Part shown: piece by piece, positions 1-10,516 of the stretch | Layout of the letters: each line of letters begins with the position of its first letter | Position numbering within the stretch: the first letter of the stretch is position 1 | NCBI GenBank assembly: GCA_035380285.1 | Contig: DAOSXE010000001.1 | Span: 27,552 to 91,551, forward strand | Reading direction: 5' to 3' | Origin: a bacterium | GTDB lineage: Bacteria > Auribacterota > Erginobacteria > Erginobacterales > DAOSXE01 | Length of the DNA: 64,000 bases | Notes under the pieces: generated by a model | The model's input: the letters and a program-made list of their open reading frames with translations, nothing else | The model's database searches: none | What the model was told of the DNA's origin: nothing | Position numbers and translations under genes: made by a program

Positions 1-1
1 T

Positions 2-472
2 CGCGGCGCCGTCCAGGCCTGGGTCAAAGCTTTCAAGTATCGTCCGGCCCTCTGGCTCGGTCCGGCTTTGAGTCGGACGCTGGCAAACGGGTTCCGGCGT
101 TTTTACGAGGCCGGGAGCGTCGACGTCGTCGTCCCGGTGCCTCTTTTCCGGCGGAGGGAGAAGGAACGGGGTTTCAACCAAGCCCGGGTTCTGGCCGCCG
201 CCCTGGCCCGCGACCTGAAAGTGCCGGTCGCGGCCCGGGCCCTGGTCCGGCGCCGGGATACCGCTACCCAGGCCCTGTTGCCGCGCTCCTCCCGGCCGGG
301 AAACGTCCGGGGTGCCTTCGCGGTCCGCCGTTCCCGAGCGGTCCGGGGGCGCCGGGTTCTTTTGATCGACGACGTCATGACCACCGGCGCCACCCTTTCG
401 GAGTGTGCCGGGGTCCTGGCGGCGGCCGGCGCCGCGCAAGTGGACGTGCTGACCCTGGCCCGGGCGGTATGA
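2..472 (+). CDS. ComF/GntX-family phosphoribosyltransferase-like protein, 5' partial (enters from window edge)
   Basis: Reading frame is open from nt 2 with no stop. C-terminal PRPP-binding PRTase motif VLLIDDVMTTGATL. Stop overlaps next start (ATGA). Confidence 0.6.
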   Translation, partial: RGAVQAWVKAFKYRPALWLGPALSRTLANGFRRFYEAGSVDVVVPVPLFRRREKERGFNQARVLAAALARDLKVPVAARALVRRRDTATQALLPRSSRPGNVRGAFAVRRSRAVRGRRVLLIDDVMTTGATLSECAGVLAAAGAAQVDVLTLARAV

Positions 473-1221
473 AGAACCGAAGCGAAAACGGGAGCATTCG
501 TCTCCAGACCTACCTGGCCCGGGCCGGGATCTCTTCCCGCCGCCGTTCGGAAGAGCTCATCCTCGCGGGCCGGGTGGCGGTCAACGGCGCCGTCGCCGCC
601 CGCCTGGGCACGCGCATCGTTCCGGGGCGCGACCGGGTTACGGTGAACGGGAAAGAGACGGCTCCGGAGGGGAAACGCTATATTGTCCTCAATAAGCCGG
701 CGGGCTACATTTGTTCTCTGGCCGACGGGCACGGGCGTCCGCTGGTGACCGAACTTCTCGGTTCCGTTCCCGAAAGAATTTTTCCGGTCGGCCGGCTCGA
801 TCTCGATTCCGAAGGGTTGCTGCTGCTGACCAACGACGGCGCCTTCTGCCACCTCATGACCCACCCGCGCCATCGGGTGGAAAAAACGTATCGGGTCTCT
901 CTGGCCCGCGCGGCGGACCCCCTCCAGGTGGAGCGGCTGCGGGGGGGCGTCGATATCGGGGACGGTCGCCCCCCCGCCGCGGCGAAGGTCCGTCGCCTCG
1001 GGCCCCGGAAGCTGGAAATCGTCATCGGAGAAGGCCGGAAGCGCCAGGTCCGGAGAATGGTGGAAGCGGTCGGGAACCGGGTCGAAGTTCTGAAAAGGAC
1101 GTCCGTCGGCCCCCTCCGTTTGGAACGACTCCGCCCGGGCGGCTGGAGGGACCTGACCCGCGGGGAAATCGAAAGTCTTGAACGCTGCGCCGGCGCGATC
1201 GCGTCCGGAAAAAACGAATAG
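469..1221 (+). CDS. RluB/RsuA-family 23S/16S rRNA pseudouridine synthase
   Basis: N-terminal S4 RNA-binding motif ([22 protein letters not shown]). Catalytic motif [17 protein letters not shown]. About 250 aa. ATG at ORF-track index 22. Confidence 0.8.
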   Translation: MKNRSENGSIRLQTYLARAGISSRRRSEELILAGRVAVNGAVAARLGTRIVPGRDRVTVNGKETAPEGKRYIVLNKPAGYICSLADGHGRPLVTELLGSVPERIFPVGRLDLDSEGLLLLTNDGAFCHLMTHPRHRVEKTYRVSLARAADPLQVERLRGGVDIGDGRPPAAAKVRRLGPRKLEIVIGEGRKRQVRRMVEAVGNRVEVLKRTSVGPLRLERLRPGGWRDLTRGEIESLERCAGAIASGKNE

Positions 1222-1237
1222 GGAAGGGAGGATTGGA

Positions 1238-3829
1238 ATGGACTTCTCCAAATTTACCTTGAAATCGCAACAGGCGCTGCAAGCGGCGCAGACTTTGGCA
1301 TCGGATCGGGACCAGCAGGAGATATCCCCCGCCCACCTTCTCCTCGCCCTGCTCGAGGACCAGGAGGGGATCACCCGTCCGATATTTCAGAAGTTGGCCG
1401 TCAATCTTCCCTCGATCGCCGAAGCGCTGGGCGAAGATATCGAAAAGATCCCCAAGGTTTACGGGGGAGCGCCGCGGGCCCCGTATCTCTCCGGGGAGTT
1501 GAACGCCGTTCTAAACCAGGCCTGGAAAGAAGCCAAAGCCCTTAAAGACGAATATTTAAGCGTCGAGCACATCCTTCTGGCCCTGGCCGAGTCCGACGCC
1601 GGGGCCGGGAAGCTTTTGCGGGAACGGGGGGTGACCAGGGAGTCCGTCCTGGAAGCATTGAGAGAAATTCGTGGGAGCCAGCGGGTGGTCGACCAGAACC
1701 CGGAGGAGAAATATCAGGCCTTGACCCGGTTCGCCCGGGATCTCACCGACCTCGCCCGAAAGGGAAAGCTCGATCCCGTCATCGGCCGGGACGAGGAGAT
1801 CCGCCGCGTGGTCCAGGTCCTGTCCCGCCGCACCAAGAACAACCCCGTGCTGATCGGCGAACCGGGAGTCGGGAAAACCGCCATTGCCGAGGGCCTGGCC
1901 CAGAGAATCGTGGCCGGAGACGTTCCCGAAGGTTTGAAGAACAAGCGGCTGTTGGCCCTGGATATCGGAGCCTTGATCGCCGGCGCCAAATACCGGGGCG
2001 AATTCGAAGACCGCCTCAAGGCGGTGTTAAAGGAGATCGGCGAGTCCGATGGGGAGATCGTGCTTTTCATCGACGAGATGCACACCATCGTGGGCGCGGG
2101 CGCGGCGGAAGGGGCGATGGACGCTTCCAACATGCTCAAGCCCGCCCTGGCGCGGGGAGAACTGCGCTGCATCGGTTCGACCACGCTCAACGAGTACCGC
2201 AAGTACGTGGAAAAGGACGCCGCCCTGGAACGGCGCTTTCAGCCGGTCCTGGTGGGGGAGCCTTCGGTGGAGGCGACCATAGCCATCCTCCGGGGACTGA
2301 AGGAACGTTACGAGGCTCACCACGGAGTGAGGATAACCGATCCTGCCCTGGTGGCTGCCGCGACCCTGGCCAACCGCTATATCGCCGACCGGTTCCTCCC
2401 GGACAAGGCGATCGATCTGGTCGACGAGGCGGCTTCCCGGCTCAAGATCGAAATCGATTCCATGCCCGTCGAAATCGACGAAGTCGAGCGACGGCTCATG
2501 CAGCTGGAGATAGAGAAACAGGCGCTGAAAAAGGAGAAAGACCCATCCAGCAAGGAACGTTTGAAGAAACTCGACGAGCAACTTTCCAACCTCAAGGAAA
2601 AGAGCGCCGGGCTCAAGGCCCATTGGCAGAACGAAAAAAAGGCGCTGGACGGGATACGCACCCTTCTGGAACGGCTGGATTCCCTCAAGAGCGAGGAAGA
2701 ACGGGCGGAACGGGCCGGCGATTTCGAGAAAGCCGCCCAGCTCAAGTACGGTGAAAAAATCGAAATCGGCAAGAAACTGCAGGAAAGCCGCGAAGAGTTG
2801 GCATCCCTTCAGAAAGACCGGCGGATGCTGAAAGAGGAAGTCACCGAGAACGATATCGCCCATGTCATCGCCGCCTGGACGGGGATTCCGGTTCACAGCC
2901 TCCTCGAGGGAGAGACCGAGAAGCTGATCAAGATGGAAGATCGCCTCCACCAGAGGGTGGTCGGGCAGGATGAAGCCGTCCGGGCGGTTTCGGACGCCAT
3001 CCGTCGGGGCCGGGTGGGGATGTCCGATCCGGACAAGCCGGTGGGTTCGTTCATTTTTCTGGGTCCCACCGGGGTGGGGAAAACCGAGCTGGCGAAAGCC
3101 CTGGCCGAGTTCCTCTTCGACGACGAACGGTCCATGGTGCGGCTCGATATGTCCGAATATCAGGAGAAACACACGGTTTCGAGACTGATAGGCGCTCCTC
3201 CCGGTTACGTCGGCTACGAGGAAGGAGGGCAGCTGACCGAGGCGGTCCGGCGTCATCCCTATACCGTGGTCCTGCTCGATGAGATAGAAAAGGCCCACCC
3301 CGAGGTCTTTAACGCCCTGCTCCAGGTTCTCGACGACGGCCGTCTTACCGACGGGCAGGGCCGGGTGGTCAATTTCAAGAACACGGTCCTGATCATGACC
3401 TCGAATATCGGATCGCCCGTGATTCAGGAATACGCCGGAGCCGACCGGGAAAAGATGAGGGAGAAGGTGCTGGAGATCTTGAGGGCGCATTTCCGCCCCG
3501 AGTTTCTCAATCGGGTGGACGAGGTCATCATCTTCAACGGTCTCGACCTGGAACAGATCAAGGCCATCGTGGATCTCCAGGTCGAGGAACTCCGAAAAAG
3601 GCTGAGCGACCGGAAAATGGAGATTTCGGTCACCGAGAAGGCCAGGGAATATCTTGCCCGCACCGGCTACGATCCGGCCTACGGCGCCCGGCCCCTCAAG
3701 CGGGTCATCCAGCGCCAGCTCGAAAATCCCCTGGCCATGAAGATACTGGAGGGGGAGTTTGCAGAGGGAGCGAAGATTGTGGCCGATTTCGATCCCCAAG
3801 GGGATCGGATCGAGTTTTCCCTGGGGTGA
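1238..3829 (+). CDS. clpB: ATP-dependent chaperone/disaggregase ClpB
   Basis: 864 aa. Clp N-domain repeats. Two AAA+ modules with Walker [16 protein letters not shown] and [15 protein letters not shown]. Long coiled-coil middle domain typical of ClpB. GGAGG RBS before ATG. Confidence 0.95.
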   Translation: MDFSKFTLKSQQALQAAQTLASDRDQQEISPAHLLLALLEDQEGITRPIFQKLAVNLPSIAEALGEDIEKIPKVYGGAPRAPYLSGELNAVLNQAWKEAKALKDEYLSVEHILLALAESDAGAGKLLRERGVTRESVLEALREIRGSQRVVDQNPEEKYQALTRFARDLTDLARKGKLDPVIGRDEEIRRVVQVLSRRTKNNPVLIGEPGVGKTAIAEGLAQRIVAGDVPEGLKNKRLLALDIGALIAGAKYRGEFEDRLKAVLKEIGESDGEIVLFIDEMHTIVGAGAAEGAMDASNMLKPALARGELRCIGSTTLNEYRKYVEKDAALERRFQPVLVGEPSVEATIAILRGLKERYEAHHGVRITDPALVAAATLANRYIADRFLPDKAIDLVDEAASRLKIEIDSMPVEIDEVERRLMQLEIEKQALKKEKDPSSKERLKKLDEQLSNLKEKSAGLKAHWQNEKKALDGIRTLLERLDSLKSEEERAERAGDFEKAAQLKYGEKIEIGKKLQESREELASLQKDRRMLKEEVTENDIAHVIAAWTGIPVHSLLEGETEKLIKMEDRLHQRVVGQDEAVRAVSDAIRRGRVGMSDPDKPVGSFIFLGPTGVGKTELAKALAEFLFDDERSMVRLDMSEYQEKHTVSRLIGAPPGYVGYEEGGQLTEAVRRHPYTVVLLDEIEKAHPEVFNALLQVLDDGRLTDGQGRVVNFKNTVLIMTSNIGSPVIQEYAGADREKMREKVLEILRAHFRPEFLNRVDEVIIFNGLDLEQIKAIVDLQVEELRKRLSDRKMEISVTEKAREYLARTGYDPAYGARPLKRVIQRQLENPLAMKILEGEFAEGAKIVADFDPQGDRIEFSLG

Positions 3830-3909
3830 TCGGTCCCCGGGGTTCGTCCCCGTTTCGGGAAAATGCGGGGAGGCCTCGGTGCGCTCGCCCGGCGGAAGGC
3901 GGAAGAAGG

Positions 3910-5799
3910 ATGATAACGGCGCTTCAACGGGATGCCATCGTTGCCGTCGTCCTCGCGTCGGCGGTCTTTGCGGTTTTTTCTCCGACCGTCACGGGAAGGT
4001 TTCTCAACTGGGACGACGATCGCAATGTGGTCTATTGCCCTCCGGTTCGTTCTCTCGACCGCGGGTTCGTCGCCTGGAGCTTCACCAACTACCGGGTCGG
4101 GGATTTCAAACCCCTCACCTGGTTCAGCTACGCCTTCGATTACCGTTTCTGGGGGCTCAACCCGGTCGGGTACCGGCTGGGGAATCTTCTCCTGCACGCC
4201 GCCGCCGCCTTGGCCGTATACCGTCTGTTCCGTACGGCGGCTTCGCCGCCGATCCCGCCGGCTGCGGCGTGTTTAGGCGCATTGTTCTGGGCGGTTCATC
4301 CGCTGCGGCTGGAGAGCGTGGCTTGGATCAGCGACCGTAAGGGGTTGTTGTGCGGTTTCTTCTATCTTCTGGCCCTGCTTTCGTGGCTGGGCAACCGACG
4401 CCTACGTCCCGGCTGGTATCGGCGGACCCTCCTTTTCACGGTGCTCGCGCTTCTGTCCAAACCGGTCGCGGCCACGATTCCCGTCGCCCTGGCCGCCCTG
4501 GAACTGTTGCCGGGCCGGCGGCTCTCTCCCCGGCGCCTCGCGGCCGGACTCGCGCCCCTGGCCGCGCTCGCCGCTGTCACGGGGTTGCTCGCTTTGTACG
4601 GCCAGAGCCGGGGAGGCGCCTTGGCCGGATGGGGCTCAGCCGGCCTGGGCTCCCGTTTGATCTGGGGAGCGGAGGGAATAGTCCTATACCCCTATCTCCT
4701 GATCTTCCCCTGGAGAATCTCTTCGTCGTTTCCGATTCCCCCGATCGAGGGGGCGGCGTTGATCGCGGCGGCGGCGCTCTTCAGCGGCCTTCTCGTTTTC
4801 GCGTTCCGACTCCACGGGAAAAATCCGGCGCCGTTGGCGTGGCTCGTCTTTTACCTGGGGGCGATCTTCCCCTTCTGCGGGATTTTCCCGACCGGCCTGG
4901 TGACCGCCGCCGCTCGCTACGCCTACGTTCCGGGCGTGGCCCTGGCCGGGTTCGCGGCCACGGTTTTTCTGGGTCGGCATCCGCGCCGGGGGGCGGTGGC
5001 GGCGGCGGGTACGGCCGTCGCAGTTCTGGGAATATACACGTTCCTCTCCGGTTTTTACTGGCGGGACTCCCTGGCCCTGTGGAGCCGCGCGGCCCGCGTT
5101 TCGCCGGGGTCGCTCCCGGCCCGGGCTCATTACGGGGAAGTGCTTTACGAGCGAGGTTGCCCGGAACCGGCCTCGCGCGAGTTGTACCGCGCGCTGGAGC
5201 TTTTTCGGGAAACGCCGCTCCCGGCTCCGGGTGTCGGCCTGGCCGTGATCACCAACCTGAGCCAGGCGCTCATGCGGATGGAACGTTATTCCCAGGCCGA
5301 AGCGGTGCTGGCTCCGGCGGTACGGGAGAGTCCCGGTTGGCTGCTTCACTCGCTGTACGCTTCTCTCTCCCGCCGGCAAGGGCGCATCGAGCCGGCTCGT
5401 CGGCATTACCGCCTGGCTCTGGCGGGGAATCCGCTCTGGATACCGGCGCTCTGCGAACTCGGGCTTATGGAAGCTCAGAGCGGCGATCCGGCGGCGGCCG
5501 CGCGTTATTACCGGCGGGCACTCCTCCTCTCTCCTCGCAGCCCCCGCGCCCGCTATTACCTGGCGCTGCTGCGGCTCGACCAGGGAGATCCGGCGTCAGC
5601 CCAAGCGATCCTGGAGCCCCTGCGCCGCGAATATCCTTCGAGCCAGTGGCTGGCCCGGGCCGCGGCGGCGGCCGCCGCCGCCGGAAACGGAGCGCCCCCC
5701 CTCTTCGAGCCTCCCCCGCCCGGTTTTCCCAAGGAGCCGGATATCCCCTTTTTCGCGCCGGGAGAGCAGGGAGCCGGTGCGATCGCCCTCGCTCCCTGA
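3910..5799 (+). CDS. TMTC-like multi-pass membrane protein (DUF1736-type GT-C-fold putative glycosyltransferase) with C-terminal TPR repeats; paralog 1 of 3
   Basis: Hydrophobic N-terminal half with motifs FLNWDDDRNVV, YRPL, NLLLHAAAALAVYRLF and HPLRLESVAWISDRKG. C-terminal TPR-like repeats (YRRALLLSPRSPRARYYLALLRLDQGD). Confidence 0.7.
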   Translation: MITALQRDAIVAVVLASAVFAVFSPTVTGRFLNWDDDRNVVYCPPVRSLDRGFVAWSFTNYRVGDFKPLTWFSYAFDYRFWGLNPVGYRLGNLLLHAAAALAVYRLFRTAASPPIPPAAACLGALFWAVHPLRLESVAWISDRKGLLCGFFYLLALLSWLGNRRLRPGWYRRTLLFTVLALLSKPVAATIPVALAALELLPGRRLSPRRLAAGLAPLAALAAVTGLLALYGQSRGGALAGWGSAGLGSRLIWGAEGIVLYPYLLIFPWRISSSFPIPPIEGAALIAAAALFSGLLVFAFRLHGKNPAPLAWLVFYLGAIFPFCGIFPTGLVTAAARYAYVPGVALAGFAATVFLGRHPRRGAVAAAGTAVAVLGIYTFLSGFYWRDSLALWSRAARVSPGSLPARAHYGEVLYERGCPEPASRELYRALELFRETPLPAPGVGLAVITNLSQALMRMERYSQAEAVLAPAVRESPGWLLHSLYASLSRRQGRIEPARRHYRLALAGNPLWIPALCELGLMEAQSGDPAAAARYYRRALLLSPRSPRARYYLALLRLDQGDPASAQAILEPLRREYPSSQWLARAAAAAAAAGNGAPPLFEPPPPGFPKEPDIPFFAPGEQGAGAIALAP

Positions 5800-5812
5800 T
5801 CCGGTCCGTCGT

Positions 5813-7513
5813 TCAGCCGGCTTCCGCCGGTTCCGGAGCCGGCAGCATCGCCCCCTGCTGACGCCGCAGCACTTCCCCGGAAATAAGTATCCGCAGTCTG
5901 GTGCTGTCGAGTATTCCGGCGGCTTTCATGCTCCGGCGGTCTTCCACTACCGCCAGGCGGTCGAAATGAAGCTGGTCCATCAACTCCATGGCTTCCTTGA
6001 GAGGGGTGTCCACCGTCACGACTTCGGTTACCGGCAGCATCACGTCGCCCGCGAGGAGCCAATCCCAGCATTCATGGCTCCCCATCACCTCTTTCAACCC
6101 CTCGAGGGTGATCAGGCCCACGATTTTCCCCGCGCGGTCGGTGACGGGAAGCGACGTGGCGGCATGGGTGGTGAATTCCTGGACGACTCGATTGATGCTG
6201 TCGTGTTCGACGATGGTGGGGGCATCGCGGTCCATGGCCTTTCCGGCGGTCATCTCCGCGATAACGTCATCCTGGGTGATGTCGCGCCCGGCCTCGTCCG
6301 CCGCGCGAATCGCGAATTTGACCATGGAAGGCCCGATGACCTGGACGATCAGGGTCGTGGCCGTGACCGCGGAGATGATCATATCGCCCAGGCTGAGGCC
6401 TTCTCCGGCGGGGATCTCGCCCAAATGGTGGGCGGCCATGATCGAAAGACCCACCGCCACCCCGCCCTGGGCGAAGAGACCGTAGCCGCAGTACCGCGTG
6501 ACCGTGGGTGGAGCCTGAGAAACGTATCCCCCCAGCCTCGCGCCGTAGAGCTTGCCCAAGCTGCGGGCGACTACGTACACGGCGATAACCAGCCAGAACC
6601 ATCCGGGCATCTCCCCGATCCCGAGCCGCGCTCCGACCAGGACGAAAAAGATGACATAGATCGGTTTGGAGAGCATTTGGATCAGGGAAAACAACTCTTC
6701 GCTGCGGCGGGGGGCGAGGTTGGTCAGCGTCACTCCCAGGGCCATGGTGGCCAGGATGATGTCCATCCCCGATACCGAGGAAATGCCGATGACCAGGAGC
6801 AGGATGGCCAGGGCCAACACCAGGGTCTGCTCCTTCCTTCTCAGCCAGCGGAGCAGGGGGTTGAGGAAAAAGCCCATCCCCACCCCCAGGGCGATCGCCC
6901 CGAACAGCTCGACCGCGATCCGCCCCGCCACCGCCTGCAGCGAGACCTCCCCGCCGGTGAGAATCGAGGCGATCGAGGTTCCGAATCCGTATAAGGTCAT
7001 GGCCAGGGCGTCGTCGAGAGCCACGATCGCCACCAGAGAGGTGGTCAGTATCCCCCGGGATCGGTATTCCCAGAGAACGTCGATGGTCGAGGCCGGGTCG
7101 GTGGCCGAGGAGATGGACCCGAAAACGATACCCGAAGCCACGGCCAGGGGCAGGTTCCCGAGGAAATGCCAGCAGAGAAGCGTCACCGGAATGCCGACCA
7201 GGAGAAACGCCCCCATGCCTTCCCCGACGAGAATCGCGGAGAACTGCCGGCCGTATTTCCGGAAGGTGGCCCCGTGAAGTTCGCCGCCCACCAGAAAACC
7301 GATCAAGCCCAGGGCGAAGAGGTTGAAGGTTCCCAGGGTGGCGATGGAGTCGTCGTTGATCAGCCCTATTCCGCTCTTCCCGATCAGGACCCCGATGGCG
7401 ATGTATCCGACGACCTGGGGAATCCGCAACAGCTGGAAAAGCCTCGCTCCCAGGATGCCGCCGAAAGCCCCGATTCCGAGCAGAGCCAGGATGTCGAGAT
7501 CGAAAATACTCAT
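5813..7513 (-). CDS. CPA1-family monovalent cation:proton antiporter (NhaP-type) with C-terminal CBS-domain pair
   Basis: About 12 TM helices (MSIFDLDILALLGIGAFGG..., Na_H_Exchanger-like). C-terminal tandem CBS motifs. Start ATG overlaps the upstream gene stop (ATGA). Confidence 0.8.
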   Translation of the reverse strand: MSIFDLDILALLGIGAFGGILGARLFQLLRIPQVVGYIAIGVLIGKSGIGLINDDSIATLGTFNLFALGLIGFLVGGELHGATFRKYGRQFSAILVGEGMGAFLLVGIPVTLLCWHFLGNLPLAVASGIVFGSISSATDPASTIDVLWEYRSRGILTTSLVAIVALDDALAMTLYGFGTSIASILTGGEVSLQAVAGRIAVELFGAIALGVGMGFFLNPLLRWLRRKEQTLVLALAILLLVIGISSVSGMDIILATMALGVTLTNLAPRRSEELFSLIQMLSKPIYVIFFVLVGARLGIGEMPGWFWLVIAVYVVARSLGKLYGARLGGYVSQAPPTVTRYCGYGLFAQGGVAVGLSIMAAHHLGEIPAGEGLSLGDMIISAVTATTLIVQVIGPSMVKFAIRAADEAGRDITQDDVIAEMTAGKAMDRDAPTIVEHDSINRVVQEFTTHAATSLPVTDRAGKIVGLITLEGLKEVMGSHECWDWLLAGDVMLPVTEVVTVDTPLKEAMELMDQLHFDRLAVVEDRRSMKAAGILDSTRLRILISGEVLRRQQGAMLPAPEPAEAG

Positions 7514-8163
7514 GAAACGTCTTCTTCGGCCACAATCCGATAGATTTCCTCGGAGGATTCCGCGGTCAGGATCCGCTCGCGGAAATCCCGGCGCCTGAGT
7601 CTGGCGCCGAGCGCGGCCAGGGTCTGCAGATAATCGGAGTGTTGGTTTTTTCCGGCCGCGATCATGCAGATGATCCGGACCGGCGTGGAGTCGAGCGAAG
7701 TATAGTCGGGAATATCGCGCTTATTGACGCCCATGGCCATGACCAATTTGGTAACCGAGGGAATCCGGACATGGGGAATTCCGATCCCGCCGCCGATTCC
7801 GGTGCTCATCAGTTCTTCCCGGTGGAAGATCCCTTCGGCCAGCGCCGCGCGGTCCTTGATGTCCGTGGTGTCGACGATGGCGTCGATCAGCAGGTCCAGG
7901 GCTTCTTTTTTCCCGGAGACGTCGATGATCAGGATCCGAGCCGGGTTGAGTATGGTGCTCAGATCGACCGGGTAGGCCGGGGGGGGCTTTCCCGCCGCCA
8001 GTTTTTCGTCCAGCCATTGGTTGATCCTGGACCGCTTGAAGCGCCATGAATTCCCCAGCTTGCCGGCGGGGATGTCCCCTCTTTGCGCCCAGTCGTACAC
8101 GGTCCGTTCGGAGACCCGTAAGAGCCGGGCGACTTCTTCGATAGTCATTATTTCTTCTTCCAT
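7510..8163 (-). CDS. Fusion regulator: MerR/excisionase-type HTH DNA-binding domain + PTS EIIA type-2 (PtsN/EIIA-Ntr-like) domain
   Basis: N-terminal HTH MTIEEVARLLRVSERTVYDWAQRGDIPAGKLGNSWRF. C-terminal EIIA-2-like region with conserved His in GIGGGIGIPHVRI. Start chosen at MEEEIM (GGGGAAG upstream); ORF extends further upstream. Translationally coupled to the antiporter. Confidence 0.65.
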   Translation of the reverse strand: MEEEIMTIEEVARLLRVSERTVYDWAQRGDIPAGKLGNSWRFKRSRINQWLDEKLAAGKPPPAYPVDLSTILNPARILIIDVSGKKEALDLLIDAIVDTTDIKDRAALAEGIFHREELMSTGIGGGIGIPHVRIPSVTKLVMAMGVNKRDIPDYTSLDSTPVRIICMIAAGKNQHSDYLQTLAALGARLRRRDFRERILTAESSEEIYRIVAEEDVS

Positions 8164-8421
8164 AAGCCGTCTTCCCCGTAGAGTTGACTCCCGGTCGACG
8201 GATCGCCTTCCGCTCCGGTCGTTTCCGGGAAGAAAACACAACCGTTGGCAAATTATGCTACCCGATGTCAATAAGTGCCAGGAAAATCATATAAATTACA
8301 AAATGAGTCGGTCGGATATTTGAGGTGAACGATCGGGGAAAGTGAAGTAAAATATTTATTTAATGAGGTTCAGGGGTCCGGACGCGCCGGTTCCCGGACG
8401 CCAACCGAAAAGGGAGAAACG

Positions 8422-8682
8422 ATGACCCCGGAAAGGTCGGTCGGGGATATTGAATACCCCTGTCGATGGGGTTACACTCTCATCGGGGAAAACCGGGATA
8501 CGCTTTGCCGCGCGGCCCGCGCCGCCGCCGGGGGGAGAGAATGTTTCCTCTCTCCCGGGCGCCGCAGTTCCGGGGGCAAGTACTGTTCCTGTTACCTGGA
8601 ACTCGATGTGGGGACGGAAGCGGAGCGTAGCGAAATTTACGAACGCCTTCAGGCCGATCCCGCGGTGCGGGTAATACTCTGA
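8422..8682 (+). CDS. DUF493 / YbeD-family (UPF0250) small protein
   Basis: 86 aa. Pattern YPCRWGYTLIGEN ... GKYCSCYLELDVGTEAERSEIYERLQADPAVRVIL matches the YbeD fold family. AGGGAGAAA RBS before ATG. Confidence 0.65.
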   Translation: MTPERSVGDIEYPCRWGYTLIGENRDTLCRAARAAAGGRECFLSPGRRSSGGKYCSCYLELDVGTEAERSEIYERLQADPAVRVIL

Positions 8683-8683
8683 A

Positions 8684-10516
8684 ATGGGAATGAAACGAAG
8701 CCGAAACCCGGTTGCCGGGAACGTGGTTCAGGAGAAGGACGGACCCGCCTTCATTTTCGCCCTCTCCGCGGCCGCCTGCTTGATTCTTCACCTGGTCGTC
8801 TCGAATATCAGCGGCGAACCTACGCCCCTTCCCGAGCCGCAGACCTGGCTGTTTATCCTGGCCCGGTTGGCGCTGGTGGCGTCCGCGCTTCTGATCCTTA
8901 TGGCCGCCTTTACCCTGGCGGGATCCGGAAGGGGCGCTCGTTCGGCTTCTCCGGCCCCCCCGGCGGTCGAGCCCCAGCCCCCCCCGATGCCGCCCGTCTC
9001 CGCTCCGGCGCCGTTCCTGGAATATATCCTGGATTATTCGCCCCTGATTTCGATCCAGGTCTCTCGGCAGGGAACGGTGGGACGCATCAGCCGTACGCTG
9101 GCCAATCTTCTCGGCACCCGGGCGGGAACGGTCGAAGGCGGCGACGCCGCCGAGCTGGTCGATTCCGAGGAACGCCCGGCGTTTCGGCAATATTTGGACG
9201 GGCATCTTTCCGGAGCGGTTACTCCCGGCCTGGAAGCGACGATCGCCACCCCCGCCGGCGCCCGGAAAGTAGTGTTCGCCGAGCGGCATCTGCCAATTCC
9301 GCAGGGTGGACTCAGTCCGGACATCCTTCTCGTAGGCATCGAAGTCACCGAACTCCGGCAGCTGGAGGCGGAAAACGACCGTCTCCGGGGGCGCCTGCAG
9401 CAGGCCGCGCTCATGGAGGAACTGGGCCTGATCGCCGGGGGCGTGGCCCACGACATCAAGAACATCATCAATCCGGTCATCGGCTACCCCGATTACATCC
9501 TGCAATCTCTGCCCCCGGATTCGGACCTTCGGCAACCGCTGACCAAAGTCAGGGATTCCGCGCGTAAGACGCTGGAGGTTATTCTCAATTTCCTGGCCCT
9601 GGCGCGCCGCGGCCGCTTCGAGCCGGTGTCTTACAACTTGAACAACGTGATCGACAAGTTCGTCGCTTCCCCGGAAGCGTCGGTACTCAAGGATCGGTTT
9701 CCAGGAGTGAAGCTGATCGTCGATCTCGATCCCGGCATCCCCGAACTGGAGGGGGTTCCCGCTCAGTTGAACAACGCCGTCATGAACCTGGTCAGAAACG
9801 CGTTCGAGGCGGTCGAGCAGGGGAGGGTGACCGTCTCCACTACGCAGAGGGAATTGGAGTTTCCGGTCAAGGGGTATCAGCAGATTCCCCGGGGGACGTA
9901 CGTGGTTCTGACGGTCGCCGACGAAGGCAAGGGAATGTCCGAGGAGCACCTGGGGCATCTCTTCGAGGCGTTTTTCTCCAAGAAGGAGATGGGGCAATCC
10001 GGTTCCGGATTGGGATTGGCGGTGGTGGCGGGAATCGTCCAGGACCACCGGGGCTACCTGGACGTCAAATCCCGCGAAGGCGAGGGGACCACGTTTTCGA
10101 TATATTTCCCCGCCCCCCGTATGGAACGGGCGGACCGGGGAAAAGAGGAGGATCTGCCTCTGGCCCTGGCGGCGGCGGCCGACTATGAAACCAGATTCCA
10201 AGCCAAGAACCTGCTCGGCCGGATCGGCTACCGGGTCGTGGCCGCGTCCAGTGTGGAAGAAGGTTCGCGCAAGGTCGCCGGGGAAAACCCGCAGGTGGTT
10301 CTGGTTGATATTTCGGGCTTGGAGCACGGCCGGATCGAGGAAGCTGTTCGTTCCATGCGGCGGCTGGTGGAATCTGGGGGCGCGCTGCTTCTGGCGGGAA
10401 CGCTCCCTCCGGGAATGGAGGATCTGGAAAAAATCAGGCTGTCGTTGCCGCTCGATCGCGCCGAACTGGAAGGGCGGCTGCGGGGCCAGATGGGAAAGGT
10501 CGACGAAAGCGGATGA
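8684..10516 (+). CDS. Hybrid sensor histidine kinase (2 TM, PAS-like, HisKA, HATPase_c, C-terminal receiver-like domain)
   Basis: H-box [19 protein letters not shown]-box NLVRNAFEA ... [10 protein letters not shown]-terminal VVLVDISG receiver-like segment. 1-nt gap after DUF493 gene. Confidence 0.85.
   Translation: MGMKRSRNPVAGNVVQEKDGPAFIFALSAAACLILHLVVSNISGEPTPLPEPQTWLFILARLALVASALLILMAAFTLAGSGRGARSASPAPPAVEPQPPPMPPVSAPAPFLEYILDYSPLISIQVSRQGTVGRISRTLANLLGTRAGTVEGGDAAELVDSEERPAFRQYLDGHLSGAVTPGLEATIATPAGARKVVFAERHLPIPQGGLSPDILLVGIEVTELRQLEAENDRLRGRLQQAALMEELGLIAGGVAHDIKNIINPVIGYPDYILQSLPPDSDLRQPLTKVRDSARKTLEVILNFLALARRGRFEPVSYNLNNVIDKFVASPEASVLKDRFPGVKLIVDLDPGIPELEGVPAQLNNAVMNLVRNAFEAVEQGRVTVSTTQRELEFPVKGYQQIPRGTYVVLTVADEGKGMSEEHLGHLFEAFFSKKEMGQSGSGLGLAVVAGIVQDHRGYLDVKSREGEGTTFSIYFPAPRMERADRGKEEDLPLALAAAADYETRFQAKNLLGRIGYRVVAASSVEEGSRKVAGENPQVVLVDISGLEHGRIEEAVRSMRRLVESGGALLLAGTLPPGMEDLEKIRLSLPLDRAELEGRLRGQMGKVDESG

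Noticed and set aside
103-1374. 423-aa minus-strand ORF overlapping the comF-like and rluB-like genes
   Set aside because: Arg/Ala/Pro-rich low-complexity translation with no motifs; typical GC-rich antisense frame artefact. The plus-strand genes have clear catalytic motifs.
2027-3799. 590-aa minus-strand ORF antisense to clpB
   Set aside because: No recognisable domains, whereas clpB on the plus strand is unambiguous. A high-GC genome produces long spurious open frames.
8480-10327. 615-aa minus-strand ORF antisense to the hybrid histidine kinase
   Set aside because: Low-complexity R/G/P-rich product; kinase motifs on the opposite strand settle the coding strand.
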